Positions 38,535 to 53,581 are shown, numbered from the stretch's first letter. The stretch: 64,000 bases of DNA from Camelus dromedarius (GCF_036321535.1 NC_087436.1:92382001-92446000); one strand, 5' to 3'. The notes: generated from the letters alone by a model not told the origin. Numbers and translations: made by a program.

Positions 38535-40319
38535 GTAAGCGGCATGGACCTTTCTGTCCCATTGATCCCTTTAGAAGGTTTGCGTTGTATTGTTTTGTTA
38601 GACACACATTTCACTACTTTTGAGAAAAATGACTGATCAGGTAGGGTGACAATGCTGTAAAGTATCACTTAAGAGCCACTGAATATCTCTAATTTCCTAT
38701 TGAATAACCTTTAGTCATTTTATAAACAGTAAGTTCAAAGTTTAGGCTTCCTAGATTTTTATAGAGATATGTATCTGTAATAAAATCTGTAATGATCAAC
38801 TGAGAGTCCCTGAGCTGGCGACTACCTAAGATTTCAGCTCCAGCTCCAGAAATGCTCTTGTTTTTTTAGCTCAGCACTGCCACCTTCTGCCACTATTCAC
38901 ATACTCTGCAGAGCTACAGAAAGATGCTACTAAAACATGCCCACGCAGTGGAAATTTCCTTTTACCTTTCTTTTCATTAATTTACTAAATCTGTTTGGAG
39001 GCTCGAAAATGAACATTTTTTTAGTGAAATGCCTGGAACAAATGTTGGAAGACTATGCTAGCAAGGACTAGAGTTAACTGGAATATAATTAATTTTAGAA
39101 TTATTTAATATGGCATTTACTGAGCTTAATTTCAATACTTAATGGGTTTTTTGTCTAACCTCAAAATCCCCCCATCGATTTACATATTCATTTAGAATAG
39201 TATAAGTTTATTTTGATAATTCATCATGATTTTGTGACAAATGAAATAATCAGAAAACAGTTTCCTTTAATGCTGGTAACTGTAGAAAACATGTGGCTTT
39301 TTATGTAGTTAAATTTCTATTTTCAGATTACACGTATTTTAGGATAAAGCTACATTTCCAATATACATAGCAGTCCAATAACATCATTCAATATTTTTCA
39401 ACTTGGATTTTAATAAAGTGGAGATTTGGTAATAATTTGCAGTAACCTCATAATACCTGGAATTAATGACAGAGGCAGCTGTTTGGTTCATGTGATAACT
39501 GATGAGTCATTACGCTGAAGCTCATTGCTTGGAGTGTCATATATTTCAATACCTACACACAACTGGATAATTTTTAGTAATTTTTAAATGTGCCAGAGCA
39601 TCTTACTGTTGGTGGATAATTCAATTTAATGATGTAGATATTCCCTTTTATCTAATTTTTTGAGAATGTAGTTAAAATTTTGACTGTATCTTTTTACTTG
39701 TTGCTTTTCTGTAGAACTAATGTAATTCTGTTAATTTGAAACACTGTTCGTGAGTATAGAATTAATACATATCTTTCTAAGATAATTCATTTATTCTTAA
39801 GAGAAGGAATTGACCTTCATATTTTTATTCAGATTGGATGGAAATGTTAGAAATTGTTGTTTACTCAGGTCATTTAAACAACCTCTATTGAAAGTAGGAT
39901 ATTTCATGATTTTTATCACTGTTGGAAGGAGAGGATGCTATTTTGTCTGTTTATAGGTTCTTTTTGTAAAACATCCTCTCGGGAAATTTGATATTCTAAA
40001 CTAGGTAACTCCAGATTTTAAAGAGCCAGCTTTTTCACAAATTATTTGTTCAGTTCCTCTTGCAGTTATGTATAAACTTAGATATTAGTAATATTTTTAA
40101 AAATAAACACTAAGGAAGGCTTTTGCCAACTTATTAATAAAGTGAGCTGTATTGTAAATACATACTTGGATTCTCCATCTGTCAAAGAGTTACCTTCGTG
40201 CAGTTAAGATGAAGGAACAGATAGTACCTGAACTTCTGCTGTGTCCTGGGTCCTGGGGAGTTGTCAAGCATGCATACTTCGAATTCTGACCACTCTCGTT
40301 CACATCTGATCCTCTGGAT

Positions 40320-40640
40320 ACCCTTGAACCAGCTACCTAATCTCTCCTCATCTGGAAGAATGTAGACATCACAGGGAGGTTGTGAAGATTAAATGAGTTC
40401 TGTTTTTAAAGTGCTTAGAATAGTATCTGGACATAGTAAACTCACAGACTGTTAGCTCTGATGTCTCTCGCTTAATTCTTGAGACATATTTGAGGAGCTG
40501 TAATTGGCATGACCATTCTAGAGTTGAGGAAATTAAGGCGAAGAAGCTAATAAGTAACTTGCCCCCAAGTACACAACCAGTAAATGTGGGAGACAGAGTT
40601 AAAACTTCACTCAGCCTCCTTATAACATAGGTGCTGGTTA
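40320..40640. mobile_element. Two MIR fragments in opposite orientation
   Basis: ggttgtgaagattaaatgag...aaagtgcttagaatagtatctgg (+) followed by gaggaaattaaggc...aagtaacttgccc...agtaaatgtgg (-). Confidence 0.65.
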
Positions 40641-41929
40641 TATTACGCCCCATAGATGTTAAAGAGCTTTAAAGAGTGTCTCTTCTCTCTTGTTTTGTGA
40701 AGGTAGCAAGAGCAAGTAAAATTTAATTGACCGACTTGAGAAGAGTTAACATGGGGTGGAGGAGCGGACATAACTTTGCACAGTCCTAAATCTGGCATCT
40801 GCCCAATCTGATCCAGTTGGTTTCATGTTGCCAATGAAACCAAGATCAAAAGTGTGGTCCTGGTTGAATCCTATGCTCCAGGCAGCTGGCCATATCTTCA
40901 TGCCACTGGAGAGTGCAGATGACTCTATAAATCCAGGATCTGGATGCTTATTCTTGTCTGACCGTCAGCAGCTTCACCTTTCAATGTGAAGTTCATTCAG
41001 TTCCCCAGATAAGACCTGTGACCCGTACTATTTCACTACCCTGCTTGCACCATATTTGCCACAAAAATACCAAGTTAAAAAAACACATGATGTTTAACAC
41101 TTAAGTGTATGTAGATTATTTACCGTTTTTACATTTAGTCAAATTTGAAGGCAAACCTATAACATAGTAACACTTTCAAAAGCACTCTCTTGACATTAAA
41201 AATAATTGTGTGATGACGGTAGCTCTACTCGCTTAATCTATTAATATAAATAGTTTACAGAGATGAAATCATTTCCTAACCAGTAGCCACTTACTCCAGA
41301 ATTGATATGATTTTCTTATTATTGCTGACATATAACCTTGCAGGTTAATTCATTTCTATTAAAAATCTACCGTTCTCTAGACAGATAGTTTCAATATTTA
41401 GGGGATTACGCAAAAAAATCTGCTTATCATCAGCATCCATGTGGTCCTAAGATATGATTATTTTCCAAAACTATATATTTTATTACCATTTTTTTCTTTT
41501 TCTAATTTTTTGGTGGAAAATTTCAAGCAGAAACAAAAGTAGACAGATGTACTCATTCACTCGCTCAATAGTATGTACTGAAAGCCAGTTTCATCTATAT
41601 TCCCTCCCGCTATTACTTTGAGGCAAATCTGAGATAATGTATTATTTCACTTTTTCTTAACTATTTAATATGGTTCCACATTATTCCTTTCTGACAGTCA
41701 TTGTTTTTTAAGTAAATGATAATGAGGGTAATTCTCTGGGAGGATTACCTTAAATTGTCCTGTGTTTAGTCATTTCACTGTGATTTTTAGTATTATCACA
41801 GTATTAGTGGATAGTACCATTTTCTGTTTTTATTTTCCCATTTCATTTTAGTCTACAATTATGTTTGGAATGAGTGGTATTTCTTTATTCTACTGCAACA
41901 GCTAGGCTCACCAAAACACTCTTCCAGCT

Positions 41930-42330
41930 GCAACTATATAGCAATGAGATTTAACACATCCAAATTAGCGTTAGTCTTCAAAGTAGTCACTTTGACAGGT
42001 AATTTACATATTCCAGTGAAGCAGCTATTTCCTAGAATGTTTTTGGAACTCCTCTTTTGAACCTGCCCTCAGAAATACTTTGAACCACACAGAAAAGCAG
42101 ATGTCATTACTTTGGTCAAAGCCAGTGTCTAATGAAAATATTATTATTAAATTCAGTCACTTACTCATGTTCTTGGACTTCAGTGGACCTGACTCTGAAT
42201 AACAAAATCATTTCTGAAAATTAAATCTCCCTTTAAGGAATTTTGACTTAGAACCAGTGGCGCCATTCAAAAGCAGAAAGTGCAGATCCTTTCCAAAACA
42301 CTGCTTTCGAGTTCCACTGCCTTTGTCTTC
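41930..42330. mobile_element. Ancient mariner-type DNA transposon remnant (MARNA-like)
   Basis: tcaaagtagtcactttg...ttccagtgaagc...tttttggaactcctcttt...tgccctcaga resembles MARNA as recalled. Confidence 0.5.
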
Positions 42331-42439
42331 CTGTGTGTGGCTGTGGGTAGTATGTATATGTATATAATGTATACATTTGGTTTTTATGTAGGATGTGTGA
42401 TGTATTTCAGGTGGCCGACATGGATTGTGTTCTGATTCT

Positions 42440-43300
42440 TAATTTTTTTAACTTAAATTTGATTTAGTTTTTATATTCCTAATGCATTCACATGTTACAA
42501 ATACAAAGGAGGTAAAGAGGGGAAAGTTTCCCTTCCTTCCCTGTTTTCAACCCTCCACTCCCCCTCCTGAAGGCAGCCAGTGTGACCCGTTTCAGGTGTA
42601 TCCCTCCACGGATACATATACGTGCATATATTTTTTTCTCTCATGTTTTTACAGAAAGTGAAATGTACTATATACATACTGTTTTTTTACCCGCTTTTCC
42701 TTTGACAGTGCGTAATGGAGATTTGTTCATATTCCATGAAGAGCTTCCCATTTTTTGATTAGTGTTCTGTTATGTGGATGTACCACAATTTTTTTTAATC
42801 AACAACCCTGATAAAACCTTTTAATCTTCTGCTATTAAAAATGTGCTGAAAAGAAAGAATTTGTACATACAGTATTTTGCACTAGGTAGTATAAATTTCT
42901 CGAACTGGAATGTTTGGATCAAAGGATTACATGCGTTTTAAATTTTGAAAGAAATTGCCAGTATCCCTTTTTAGAAGTTGTATTGAGTTCTTTTTATTTT
43001 ATGGAAATTAACCTTCATTATAGGTGTTGGAAATATTTTTTTCCCAGTTTGTCATTTGGCTTTTGATTTTGCTTGCAGTAGTTTTTGCTGTGCAGAAATG
43101 TTTTAGCTTTATGCAATCAGATTTATCTATTTGTTTTGTTTTCTGATTTATGTATTATACTCAGGCCTTTTCTATTCCTAAATTATTTTTTGAATTTTCT
43201 TATCTCTTTAATACATTTAGTAAGTCATTCATCCATTGGTCTAAAATTAAAAGTATGGATTGAACTTTTTTTTCTGATGACCCTCTTGTTGATATGATTT
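42440..43300 (-). mobile_element. Old L1 (L1ME/MC-like) 3' fragment
   Basis: T-rich antisense L1 text (tgtggatgtaccacaatt, ggaatgtttggatcaaagg, aaatattttttcccagtttgtc). Confidence 0.65.
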
Positions 43301-45226
43301 CATAATAGTGTCATATACGAAATTAACTGATACTGACTAAGCCATATTTATTCTAATTTATATTTATTCATAAAATTCTGAATTTTCTCAACTTTTATTG
43401 CTGTGGGTATTCTTCATTTTTGGTTGATCAGGAAATAATTATTTACAGTGTAATAGCTTTGAAATCAGGCTGCAAGAAGCTGCAAATTACACATTGTGGG
43501 TGTAACTGCCCATCTTTCTTCTTACCTCAGCATTACACTCCCTGCCTTATTACTTTTTGCAAAACCCCACAATTTCTTAGTCTCCTGATGAAGCAAAGTG
43601 TCACTTGAAAACGTCTATGGAAAATTTTAACAAAATGTGCATGTTGGCTTGCACTTTTATGTGTGAGCAGCTTGCAAATTCGTATAGTTACTGGCTAACA
43701 ATTTAAACTATTTTACATTTAATGCAGTTGGTTCTTATTTTAAAATGAGCTTCCTAATTTTATCTGTTTGCTTTTACTAAAGGGGAACATTTTGTGAGAT
43801 TTTGGAGACGGGTGGTGAGAGCTCCATGCCTGAGCTGTCTAACCTGGGCTATGTGATTAGCAGATGTTGTTATGATCTGGGAAAGGATGCCACTTTCTGG
43901 GAGAAGAGTTACTTAGCATCACCCCTGTTAGAAGTCTTCATTAGTGAATAAAGGGCAGGATGTGCATGTAAATATTGCAGTTGCATACCTAAGGTCCCTA
44001 TTTGTTTATAACTACATTTGCAAGTTGTGTCAGTTGTGGTGACTGTGATTAATGAAATGAAAGAATTACTGGCGAGATTAAGAAGATATATCTTCAGATT
44101 TATAAAGGCTTTTAGTCTGGAATTCTTTAGAAGGAAAATAGACCTGCACATGCAAGATGTGACTGTGAATATTCCTTGACATTTCAGTTTATCTAACAAA
44201 GAGGTGGGAAAGTATAACTAAGACTCATTAATGAATATGTTTTAATAACAGGGAGATTTTTATGGAGCCCTGAATAATAAACTAGTTTATTTAGCATATG
44301 GGCATTAGTAGTATTCTTTGTAACCTTTAAACATTGTGATTTAAATCTTTCTGGATTATAATTATTTAGTATTAACACAATTTTTTTTCTCCATGGATTC
44401 TGAAACTTCCTTCTGTGCACAGACGTTTAGATCTGTATACTTTCACTGAACATTAAAAAGTACACCCTTGGAGTTAGACATTTCCTCTTAAATATTCCTT
44501 GTCTTTCCTTTGAATCTCAACACTGATATTAAATTGCAAGGCCATGAGATTAGTAGTAGCCTGGTTATAGAGGTAATTCTGACTCGATTTGTTTCTTGTA
44601 AAGTTCATGTTTGCTGATCTGAAGACAGCCACAACACAAAACCCCATACACTTGTTCTTCTTATATACATATACGGAATAAATGTGCTATGTATGTAAAT
44701 ATATCAGGTATTTGTTAGTGATAGATGTTGATAAAATAAGTAAACAGTTGATTCATATTTTTATGTTTCATATGATAATCATGTAGTATCAGTCATTTCA
44801 AATAAAGATTTCTCATGGCTAAAGTAAAAGAATTAATATTTTTATAATAACTCCATTAATTCTCAAAATTCTTAAAACTTAATAAAGTTGAAGAAAAATT
44901 CAGCTCCAGGTATTTTAGCAGTTTGTTACATTTTTAAATTAATTTTTTAAAACTTCATGTGACTACAACATAATTTTACTCCCAGAAAATAAACTGTAAA
45001 GTACTATTTTTCATTACGCTGCAAAGGCGTTCACATTTTGAATGTTGGAAAGTATTTTATGATTCAGTCATGAAATCTGTGATGTCTCATCTAGAAATGC
45101 AAGCTAAATTATATTTAATCTTTTAAGGGGTTTTCAGGCATAATGATTTATTTTAAAAGTAAGTTACAAATAGATCAGTGGGCTTGTATAAATGAACCAC
45201 GTTTGCTCCATTTTTTTTCCTTTTAG

Positions 45227-45299
45227 GCAGAGCTCACAGTTTGGAGATGAAAAAACATTTAGTGATTCATCATTGCTGGAAAACCTCCAAAATAATCAT
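45227..45299 (+). CDS. ATP8A1: ATP8A1 exon ~16 (73 nt), QSSQFGDEKTFSDSSLLENLQNNH
   Basis: ccttttag acceptor, CAT|gtaagc donor. Confidence 0.95.
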
Positions 45300-45789
45300 G
45301 TAAGCAACATAAAACTATTAACTTTTCATTAATAAATGAAAGCTAATGAGTGTTTCTCTGATTATCTTCCATGTTTATATATTCCTTCTTTAGTTTCATG
45401 ATCATTTTTAATAATTATCAAAATCTGTTGCTAAATTCCTTTTACTTGGCCAACATGAATTCATGGTTGTTAGAAATTTAGTTGTAATATTACCATGAAT
45501 ATTCTGTCTTTTTAAACTATTTCATATTCTAGAACTCTATTTGTATGAAACAATCATTGTTAATTTCAAAATATCTGTAAAAATGGATTACCTGCTCAGA
45601 ATTGTAGGCCAGTGCCAAACGTACACAGTAAGCACTTCAGACACCTGCCACCCAATGTGAACATGCCACCTGTGAAGCTACTGAAACTTATTAAAATTCC
45701 ATCAGATCAGATGATATGGTCTCCTAAGTTTAAACCCCAAACCTTTTTCTCATAAGTGCTTCAAGCCTAGTGTGCCAAAACTTGAACAC

Positions 45790-46720
45790 ATGCTCATTAC
45801 CCCGAAACCTAATCCCTTCCTAGCAGCGGTAGATTTACCCACTGTGCCCAGGGTGGGGCCCTAACATTGTGTTCATATGGGTATTTTTGCCTTCAGCAAA
45901 ACATGAGCTTCGAGATCCACAAAACCTAGATCTAGACCCACCTCTTCCCTCTGGTGCTCTCAGCTTCAGTTAATTGCACCATCACCTCTCTTATTCCTCA
46001 TTCGAGGACCTTAGGGTTGCTCTTGATACCTCCTTTCCCTCTGTGTCCAGATCTGTGATGAGTCACTGCGCCCTTGTCAGTGTGACTGCTAGAACATATC
46101 CTGAATGTCTGCTTCACTCCATTCTCACTTGCTCTCCCCTTGTCCAGACGAACAGTGCGCTCCAGGTGAATTACCACAGTGGTCTCCCAGCCATTCTCCG
46201 CGTTTCCATTTTTACCCCCTCTGGTTCTTGTTACACGTGGCAGGTGGAGTGAGGCCGGTGGAAATCAAGTCCCATCACTGCCCTGTTTAAAACCACGCTC
46301 TGACTTCCCTCTCCAGTTACAAAGTTATGTCATCCGCCCCTGCCTAAGGCCCCACCCTCACTAGGAGCCACACTCCTTTTCCTTCTTCTCAGGCCACACT
46401 GGACTTCTCTTTTCTCACACTTCCTTCTTTCCTCTTTTGGGGCTTTTTCAGTCGTGTCTGATTCCTGCTAGGTGGAGAACTCTGCTCAGTGCTTCACGAT
46501 GCTAAAACCTCATCAGCTGGTCTTGAGAACAACCCCAGACTGGCCCAAGTCACATTCATGATATTTACACATTCTCTCCTTTGTAGCCCTTTTCACACTA
46601 AAATAATACTTGTGGACTGTTTATCTGTGTTCTGTACTTTCCCCACAAGTCGAAACTTCACATCACAGGGCCTGGTCTATTTTATCTGTTGTTCCAGCCT
46701 GAACACGGTTTTTTCAGTTA
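45790..46720 (+). mobile_element. LINE-2 fragments
   Basis: C/T-rich L2 body (acagtggtctcccagcc, ccatcactgccctgtttaaaacc) and 3' end (agggcctggtctattttatctgttgttccagcctgaacac). Confidence 0.6.
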
Positions 46721-47439
46721 CTGTTCTGATTTGCTTTTCCAATCAGCTTTTTTTTTTTTTTTTTTTTTTGTCCAAGAGCATAGAGGAATATTTCCCCTTT
46801 ATTAATTTGAATGACGTTTTTCTTCATCAGGAGCCAGACAAAAGATGTTTCATTTAAAAATCTGGCTTCTTGTCTCCTGTAAAGTCTGAGCTCCTGCAGA
46901 AAGCGTCCGCTTTTATGTCTTCCTCAGACTGTAGAATTCCAGGTGCAAGTGCTCAATCAAGTTTTTTTTATTAAGTAAAACATGTGTCGGTTAGGGTTGC
47001 CATTTTTGCAAAGAGAGAGGACAAAACAGTACTGAGGAATTCCCAGCCGTCATCACCCCAACCCAAAGTGGTGGAACCACAGAGAGGTTAGGTGCCTAAA
47101 ATTTACATTAGAATTCAGGAACCAGGTAAATGAATATTTTAGAACTTCTCTCCTGTCCCCTGATGACAGGATCCAACCATATCTGTCTTTTTCGCTACAA
47201 TGTTTCTATTTGACAAGACAAAGTGGTCTTGCATAAATGTTTGGAAAAGAAATGAGAAGGTGTAAGAATGGATGATTTCAGTTAATATTTTTCTTCATAA
47301 TAGATGTTGACTTCTTGTCTTCTACACCCTCAATAGTTAACAGCCACACTCTTAATAGATATACATGAGGTAGTAATACTGTCATTAGTGTCAAGTCGTT
47401 TAAATGAAAAGGGATGAATTCTGTGTTCATTTCTGACAG

Positions 47440-47545
47440 CCAACTGCACCTATAATTTGTGAGTTTCTTACAATGATGGCCGTTTGTCACACAGCAGTAC
47501 CAGAGCGAGAAGGTGATAAGATTATTTACCAAGCTGCATCTCCAG
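47440..47545 (+). CDS. ATP8A1: ATP8A1 exon ~17 (106 nt), [35 protein letters not shown]
   Basis: ctgacag acceptor, CAG|gtacaa donor; CHT and YQAASPDE N-domain motifs. Confidence 0.96.
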
Positions 47546-48478
47546 GTACAAATGAAGCAATTGTGATGTAATGTTTTGGTGGAAAATTGTTCTGAAATTT
47601 GAGATTGTTCAGAAAAAAATCAATTTAATTTGGTGAAATAAAATAACCAAGTTTCATTTTTTTAAATCAAAAATCTTATTTACTAATTAGAAAAACGTTG
47701 GTTTTCAAAATTATGTCTATGCTAAAATATATAACTTTGTGTAATTTTTGTTGTATGACACAAATTACATGGAAATTTGAATGACAAAATTCACACAAGT
47801 AAAAAATGGTACTTTTTAATATATACAAGCAGGCTCTCCCTTCTTCGTAAATAAGTAAGAATAAAGTGATAGTCAAGCTTTTGCACATAAGAAACTGGAA
47901 AAGGAAGGTCTGTTTGCCTGAACAGTGTGCATTTTGGAATACCAGCTTTGCTTTCTTCTTTTGGAAATGACCATCAGGGAGCCCATTGCATATTTATATG
48001 GATGAGCAAAGTTTTGAACATTTGAAGGGACTCAATGAAATATGTGTTAGCACAGTTATCAATGTTTAGTGTTTAGGCTTCTTTTCAATGGAAAATTGGG
48101 TAAGTAGTTCGTTTGATGATTGTAAGATTTCAAGAAAGAAAGAGCACACTTTGGAGAACTTTGTTATAAATGTTTTAAGCTGTATTCTAAACCAGCACCT
48201 GCAACCTTGTAGAATGTGCCAATTCCTAAAAACCATTAGGATGAATCTCCTGTCATTAGGATAGAGACTATGGAAATGTTTTCTGATCCCACACCCTACC
48301 CTCAGAAACAAGGTTTGATATAAATGGTGATGAAAGTAAATAATATATGATGCCATAAAGCGTCAATTCATTTATATCCATTTAAATTGCACCCTAAATA
48401 GTAGTAGTGTTAGTTTCTCTACATTCAGCATTTTAGGAGAAAAAGGGTGAAACAAGGCCATTTTGTCTCATTCATTTT

Positions 48479-48795
48479 TTTCCAGTTTTATTTAAATAAT
48501 TGACATACATAACTGTGTTCCCTAGTACTTTTTTTATTTTATAACTGGGAATTTGTGCCTTTCACTGTGCTCCGATTCCTCCTTCCCCCTCCCTCCACCC
48601 TTAATAACCACATCTGCTCCCTTTTTCTATGAGTTTGGGTCTCTTTCTTTCTTTTCTTTTCTTTTTTAAATTCCATATATAAGTGAGATCATGCAGTATT
48701 TTTCTTTCTCTGTCTGACTTATTTCACTTAGCATCATGCCCACATGGTCTATCCATGTTGTTGCAAATGTAGGATTTCCTCATTTTTTATGCATT
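48479..48795 (-). mobile_element. L1 3' end fragment
   Basis: ataagtgagatcatgcagtattt...ctgacttatttcacttagcat; candidate TSD attcatttt at 48470-48478 and 48796-48804. Confidence 0.82.
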
Positions 48796-49136
48796 ATTCA
48801 TTTTGAGAAAAGTTCTCTAGAGAATACGCTGGACCAAGGGTTACATTTAAATTCTCCTTCTGAGATGTGTATGTCTAACAATGAGACCCAGTCTTCAGAA
48901 ATCTGACTCTGGTGTCTGTACATGTCTCAGATTTGTAAGATCATTTTACTCACTCCTTTGGCATTGTCATATAATTTAAAAACAAACAGACTTCAATAAC
49001 AGGGGCCAGAATGAAAAGAACTCTAATTCTTGTTAAAATTAAGCAGAAAATTCTGTATTGCAGTAACATATTTCTTTTGTTTTGGAGATAATTTTTTTTC
49101 ACCATCTATTTGCTTACTTTTCTGTTCCTAAAACAG

Positions 49137-49219
49137 ATGAAGGAGCCTTGGTCAGAGCAGCCAAGCAACTGAATTTTGTCTTCACTGGAAGGACACCTGA
49201 CTCAGTGATTATAGATTCA
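49137..49219 (+). CDS. ATP8A1: ATP8A1 exon ~18 (83 nt), (D)EGALVRAAKQLNFVFTGRTPDSVIIDS
   Basis: aaacag acceptor, TCA|gtaagt donor. Confidence 0.96.
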
Positions 49220-49574
49220 GTAAGTTATTTATTTTTCAGTCTCTTTTTTATTAAAGCAATACATATGCATAGCTTCAAAGGTAAAATACTACCAAAAAGC
49301 TCATCATAAAACAGAGATTCCCTACTCTGTTCTCCCAAAACAACCACATTCTGTTCTTTTAGCTGTTTCTTCAGGCATTTACACATCTCACAGTTTTTAA
49401 AAATGTGTGATGGCTGATGTACGTTTTGATTCTTCAATTTTAGACATTATCTACTGACTTTCTATTCTGTTTTATTAAATGAGGAGTTATTTCTCTGGTG
49501 TCACCATCCCTTCCCAGTAGTATTATAATTATATTACACTGTTCGGTTAAACAAGTATTCAGACCCAGAGTTTT

Positions 49575-50405
49575 AAATGGGGAAAAGACTTGAACAAACA
49601 TTGCACAAAAGAAGATATACAAATGGCTAGTGAGCACATGAAAAAACATCATTAGTCATCAGGGAAATGCAAATTACAGTCTAATGAGATGCCACTATGT
49701 ACCCAGCAAAAAAGGGTAAAATTAAAAACATTGCAGCACCGAATGTTAACAAAAATGCAGAGCAAGTGGAGCATCTGTGTATTGCTAGTGGGTATGCAGG
49801 ATGGTACAACCCCTTTGGAAAACCTTTTAGAGCTTCCCAGCACAGGTAAACACGCACCTGATCCGGCGGTTGTACTCACACTTACCCAGGAGAAATGAAG
49901 GCGTATGTCCACAGATTGATGTTTAATGTTCACAGCAGCCGTATTCATAGTAGCCAAAAACTAGAAACAAACTGAATGTCCATCTCGTAAGAGGATGGAC
50001 AAACAAGTTGTGACACACTCATACAACGGCATATCTAAACAGGGCAACAAAAATGAGAAAAGAAATACTGATCCATCAACAGCATAGACAGATTTCAGAA
50101 ACATTTTGTTGAGCACCAAAAGAAAAAGCCAGACACAGAGTGCATACTCTTTAATTTCATTTCTATGCACCTAAGATCAGGAAAAAGTGGTTTGTGGTGA
50201 CAGAGTTCAGAATAGTGGTTGCCTCAGGGTCAGGGAGGAGATTAGAAAAGGGCACAGAGGAATTTATGGGATGAAGGAAATGTTCTGTGTCTTGACTGGG
50301 GTGGTGGTTACACCAAGTAAACCTTTGTCAAACTATATCATTTTCACTGAACTATATTTTAAGATCTATGTACTTTGTTATATATGAATTATATCTCATC
50401 AAAAA
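49575..50405 (+). mobile_element. L1 (L1MB/MC-like) ORF2 end plus 3'UTR
   Basis: aaatggggaaaagacttgaac...acatcattagtcatcagggaaatgcaaatta...tattcatagtagccaaaaactagaaacaa. Confidence 0.85.
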
Positions 50406-51863
50406 ATTACTAGTGTTTATATTATTATGACTGTGCTGATAATCCTAGCAGAACATTATTGTATTCAGTATTTTTCTTTTTTTAATACTGTGTTTCCAAA
50501 TATAAAATTATCACCTGAAAGTAATTTTTTTGTTTATTTCCTAAAGATAAATCTCTTATCTTTTTTCCAATTGCTTAATTTTCTGTCTACCTATTACTAG
50601 TTGTTCTGTATCTTCTTAGTGCACTTTTGTCAGTACAGTTACACCAGATAATCTGCCAGTGGGCAGTTCTTTCCTTGAGACATCCCTCTTGAAGTCCTCC
50701 ATTCTCCTTGGCATGGGTCAAAAAAAAAATTTTTTTTTTGTTCAGAGACTGGCTTCTGTGGCACTTGGAATTCCTTTTGATTTTCTCGTGGTTTTGGACT
50801 TTCTCTCCCCTGGAAGTCAAATCTTCTTTCTTAGTAAACTCTTTGTGTTGATATAACACATTTTCTGTCAGTGTCATCCTACTGGAAAGGTGTTACAGCA
50901 GCAGAGGGCACAGTCGTGAAAGCCCTCAGGAAACCCAGCTCTGGCTCAGGGGTCGGGGCTGCGCCGGTGGACACTTGTGTCTCACGCATGGGCGTCCCGC
51001 TGGAATCGCTTTCCTGTGTCCCGGGGGATTTTCCTTACCTGTCTCCTGTGTTAGAGCTTCTATTCCCTAAACCTCATGTCTTCCTTGTTCTTGGTTTACC
51101 CTTGTTTTTGTGGAACACATTCTTTATTGGCTTCTTGAGAAAAGGGGCATGGGAAGCTATTTGTTTGTATTTTTGTTTATTTAGTCCTTTCAAGTGTAAA
51201 CATTTATACTTAATCAGTAGTCCTGCTGCATGTAGAACTCCAGGGTGGAAATCGGTTTCCGTACGAATTCTGATTGCTCCTCCATCTCCTGGCTTCCAGT
51301 ACCCCTCACTGAGAAGTCAGAAGCCATTGCAAGTCCAGTCTTCTGTGACTTACCCCCACCCCCTCTCTCCCTGGAAGGTTGTGGGACCTTCTTTGCCCCA
51401 GGAGTTCTGAAATTTCGTGACTGTGTACCTTACTGGGAGTATTTCAGCCCATTGCACTGAGCACTGAGTGGATCCTTTTCCATTGGAAATTGATACCCTT
51501 CAGTTCTGGAAAATTTTCTTGAGTGAATCCACTCATTTTCCTTGCCTCTTTCTCCTCTTCTCTCTCTTTTTAGAACTTGAGCTAATCTGAACTTTTCTGT
51601 CCTAGTCTTCATGTCTTTGCCTTTTTATTCTGCTTTTTTGGAAATTTTCCTCTGCTTTATCTTCTTAGCCTTCTATTGAGGTTTTTTTTTTTGTTTTTTT
51701 TTTTGTTTTTTTTTTTTTTCATTTCTGCTATCATATTTTTAGTTTCCAGAAGCTTTTTTTGTTTTTTCAATATTTCTTTTTTTAGTAGCATCCTGTTCTT
51801 GTTTCACACGTTATACTTATGTTACTTCGAGAGGAATAATGATAGTTTTTTTTATATTTTCTT

Positions 51864-52523
<660 letters not shown>

Positions 52524-53531
52524 ATTTTCTTCTTGAATTCGCATTCCTCCAAATTGCTCTTACCTATTTTCCCAGAGTGTATTTTGGGCTCCTGTGTTGC
52601 ACGTTAGTCACTGTCCTTGGATACCTGTAAATCTTTGGTTTTCTCATGGTTAGAAGTGAAGACCTTGAAAGCTGGTGAGGCAGGGGGTTCTGAGCATAAG
52701 AGGGTATTTGTCAACATCCGGCTTCACTGCAGGCTGGTCTGGTGGGATTCATGTGGAAGGTGGTAGTTAGTTGTCAGTACCTTTAGGGCTTTTCTTGGGC
52801 TGGTTGGGTTCCCCAGAGAGCCGTCTTCCCATGTCTGCCTGGAAAGGTCTGGTGGCTAGAATGTGGGGGACCGAGTAGGTCGGGGGTATTGGGTCCCAGC
52901 ATATAATACGAATATAACCACAATGCCATGTCTTCAACTGTGCCAGTCAGTTTCTGGACAGAAGAACCTCTGTTTTACCCTTTATAGAGCAAAGCCTCTG
53001 GTCTTCTGCCAGCACGCAGGGAGAGCCAGTGCCCAGAGCTGCTTTTCTAGTCTTGCCCAGCCGTCCCAGTTGAGGCCCCTCCTTTACCACAATTCTAGAG
53101 CTATCTGGTATGCCACTTCCTTAGGCCCCTTAAGGATTATGTGACATAAATTGGGTTGGTTCTCAGCTTTTCCCATGACTGCTATAGCATTCGAAACTCC
53201 TCGTAGCTGCTAAGTTAGCCTATCTCATTGACCTATTTTCTAGCTTCCAAATTTTTAGTGCTAATGTCTCTTATTTTCCTGCCATTGCAAGTTTCTTTCT
53301 AAGGGTTTTTTGTAGTTTCAGTGGGGCTTTGGGGATGAAAATTAAATGTGTGTGTCCAGTCTTTCATCTTTGCCTGAGAGTGATTAAGTTCAGTTAAAGA
53401 CGATGTATTTCAGAAGGGGCAGTTTGTTTGTGTTGACTTTTTTTACATTAATACTTCATGACTAGGGTTTATTTCCAAGAAGCTAAAGATAGTTCCAAGT
53501 CTATGTAATCACGTTTTCCCTTTTTTCATAG

Positions 53532-53581
53532 CTGGGGCAGGAAGAAAGATACGAATTACTCAATGTCTTAGAGTTCACCAG
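53532..53581 (+). CDS. ATP8A1: ATP8A1 exon ~19 (50 nt), LGQEERYELLNVLEFT(S)
   Basis: tttcatag acceptor, CAG|gtaaga donor. Confidence 0.96.

Noticed and set aside
45224..45230. Tandem acceptor tagGCAG at exon 16
   Set aside because: The 4-nt offset would shift the frame; no evidence of use
50871..51410. 179-aa plus-strand ORF
   Set aside because: Non-ATG start, lies within degraded antisense L1 sequence, no protein similarity recognised
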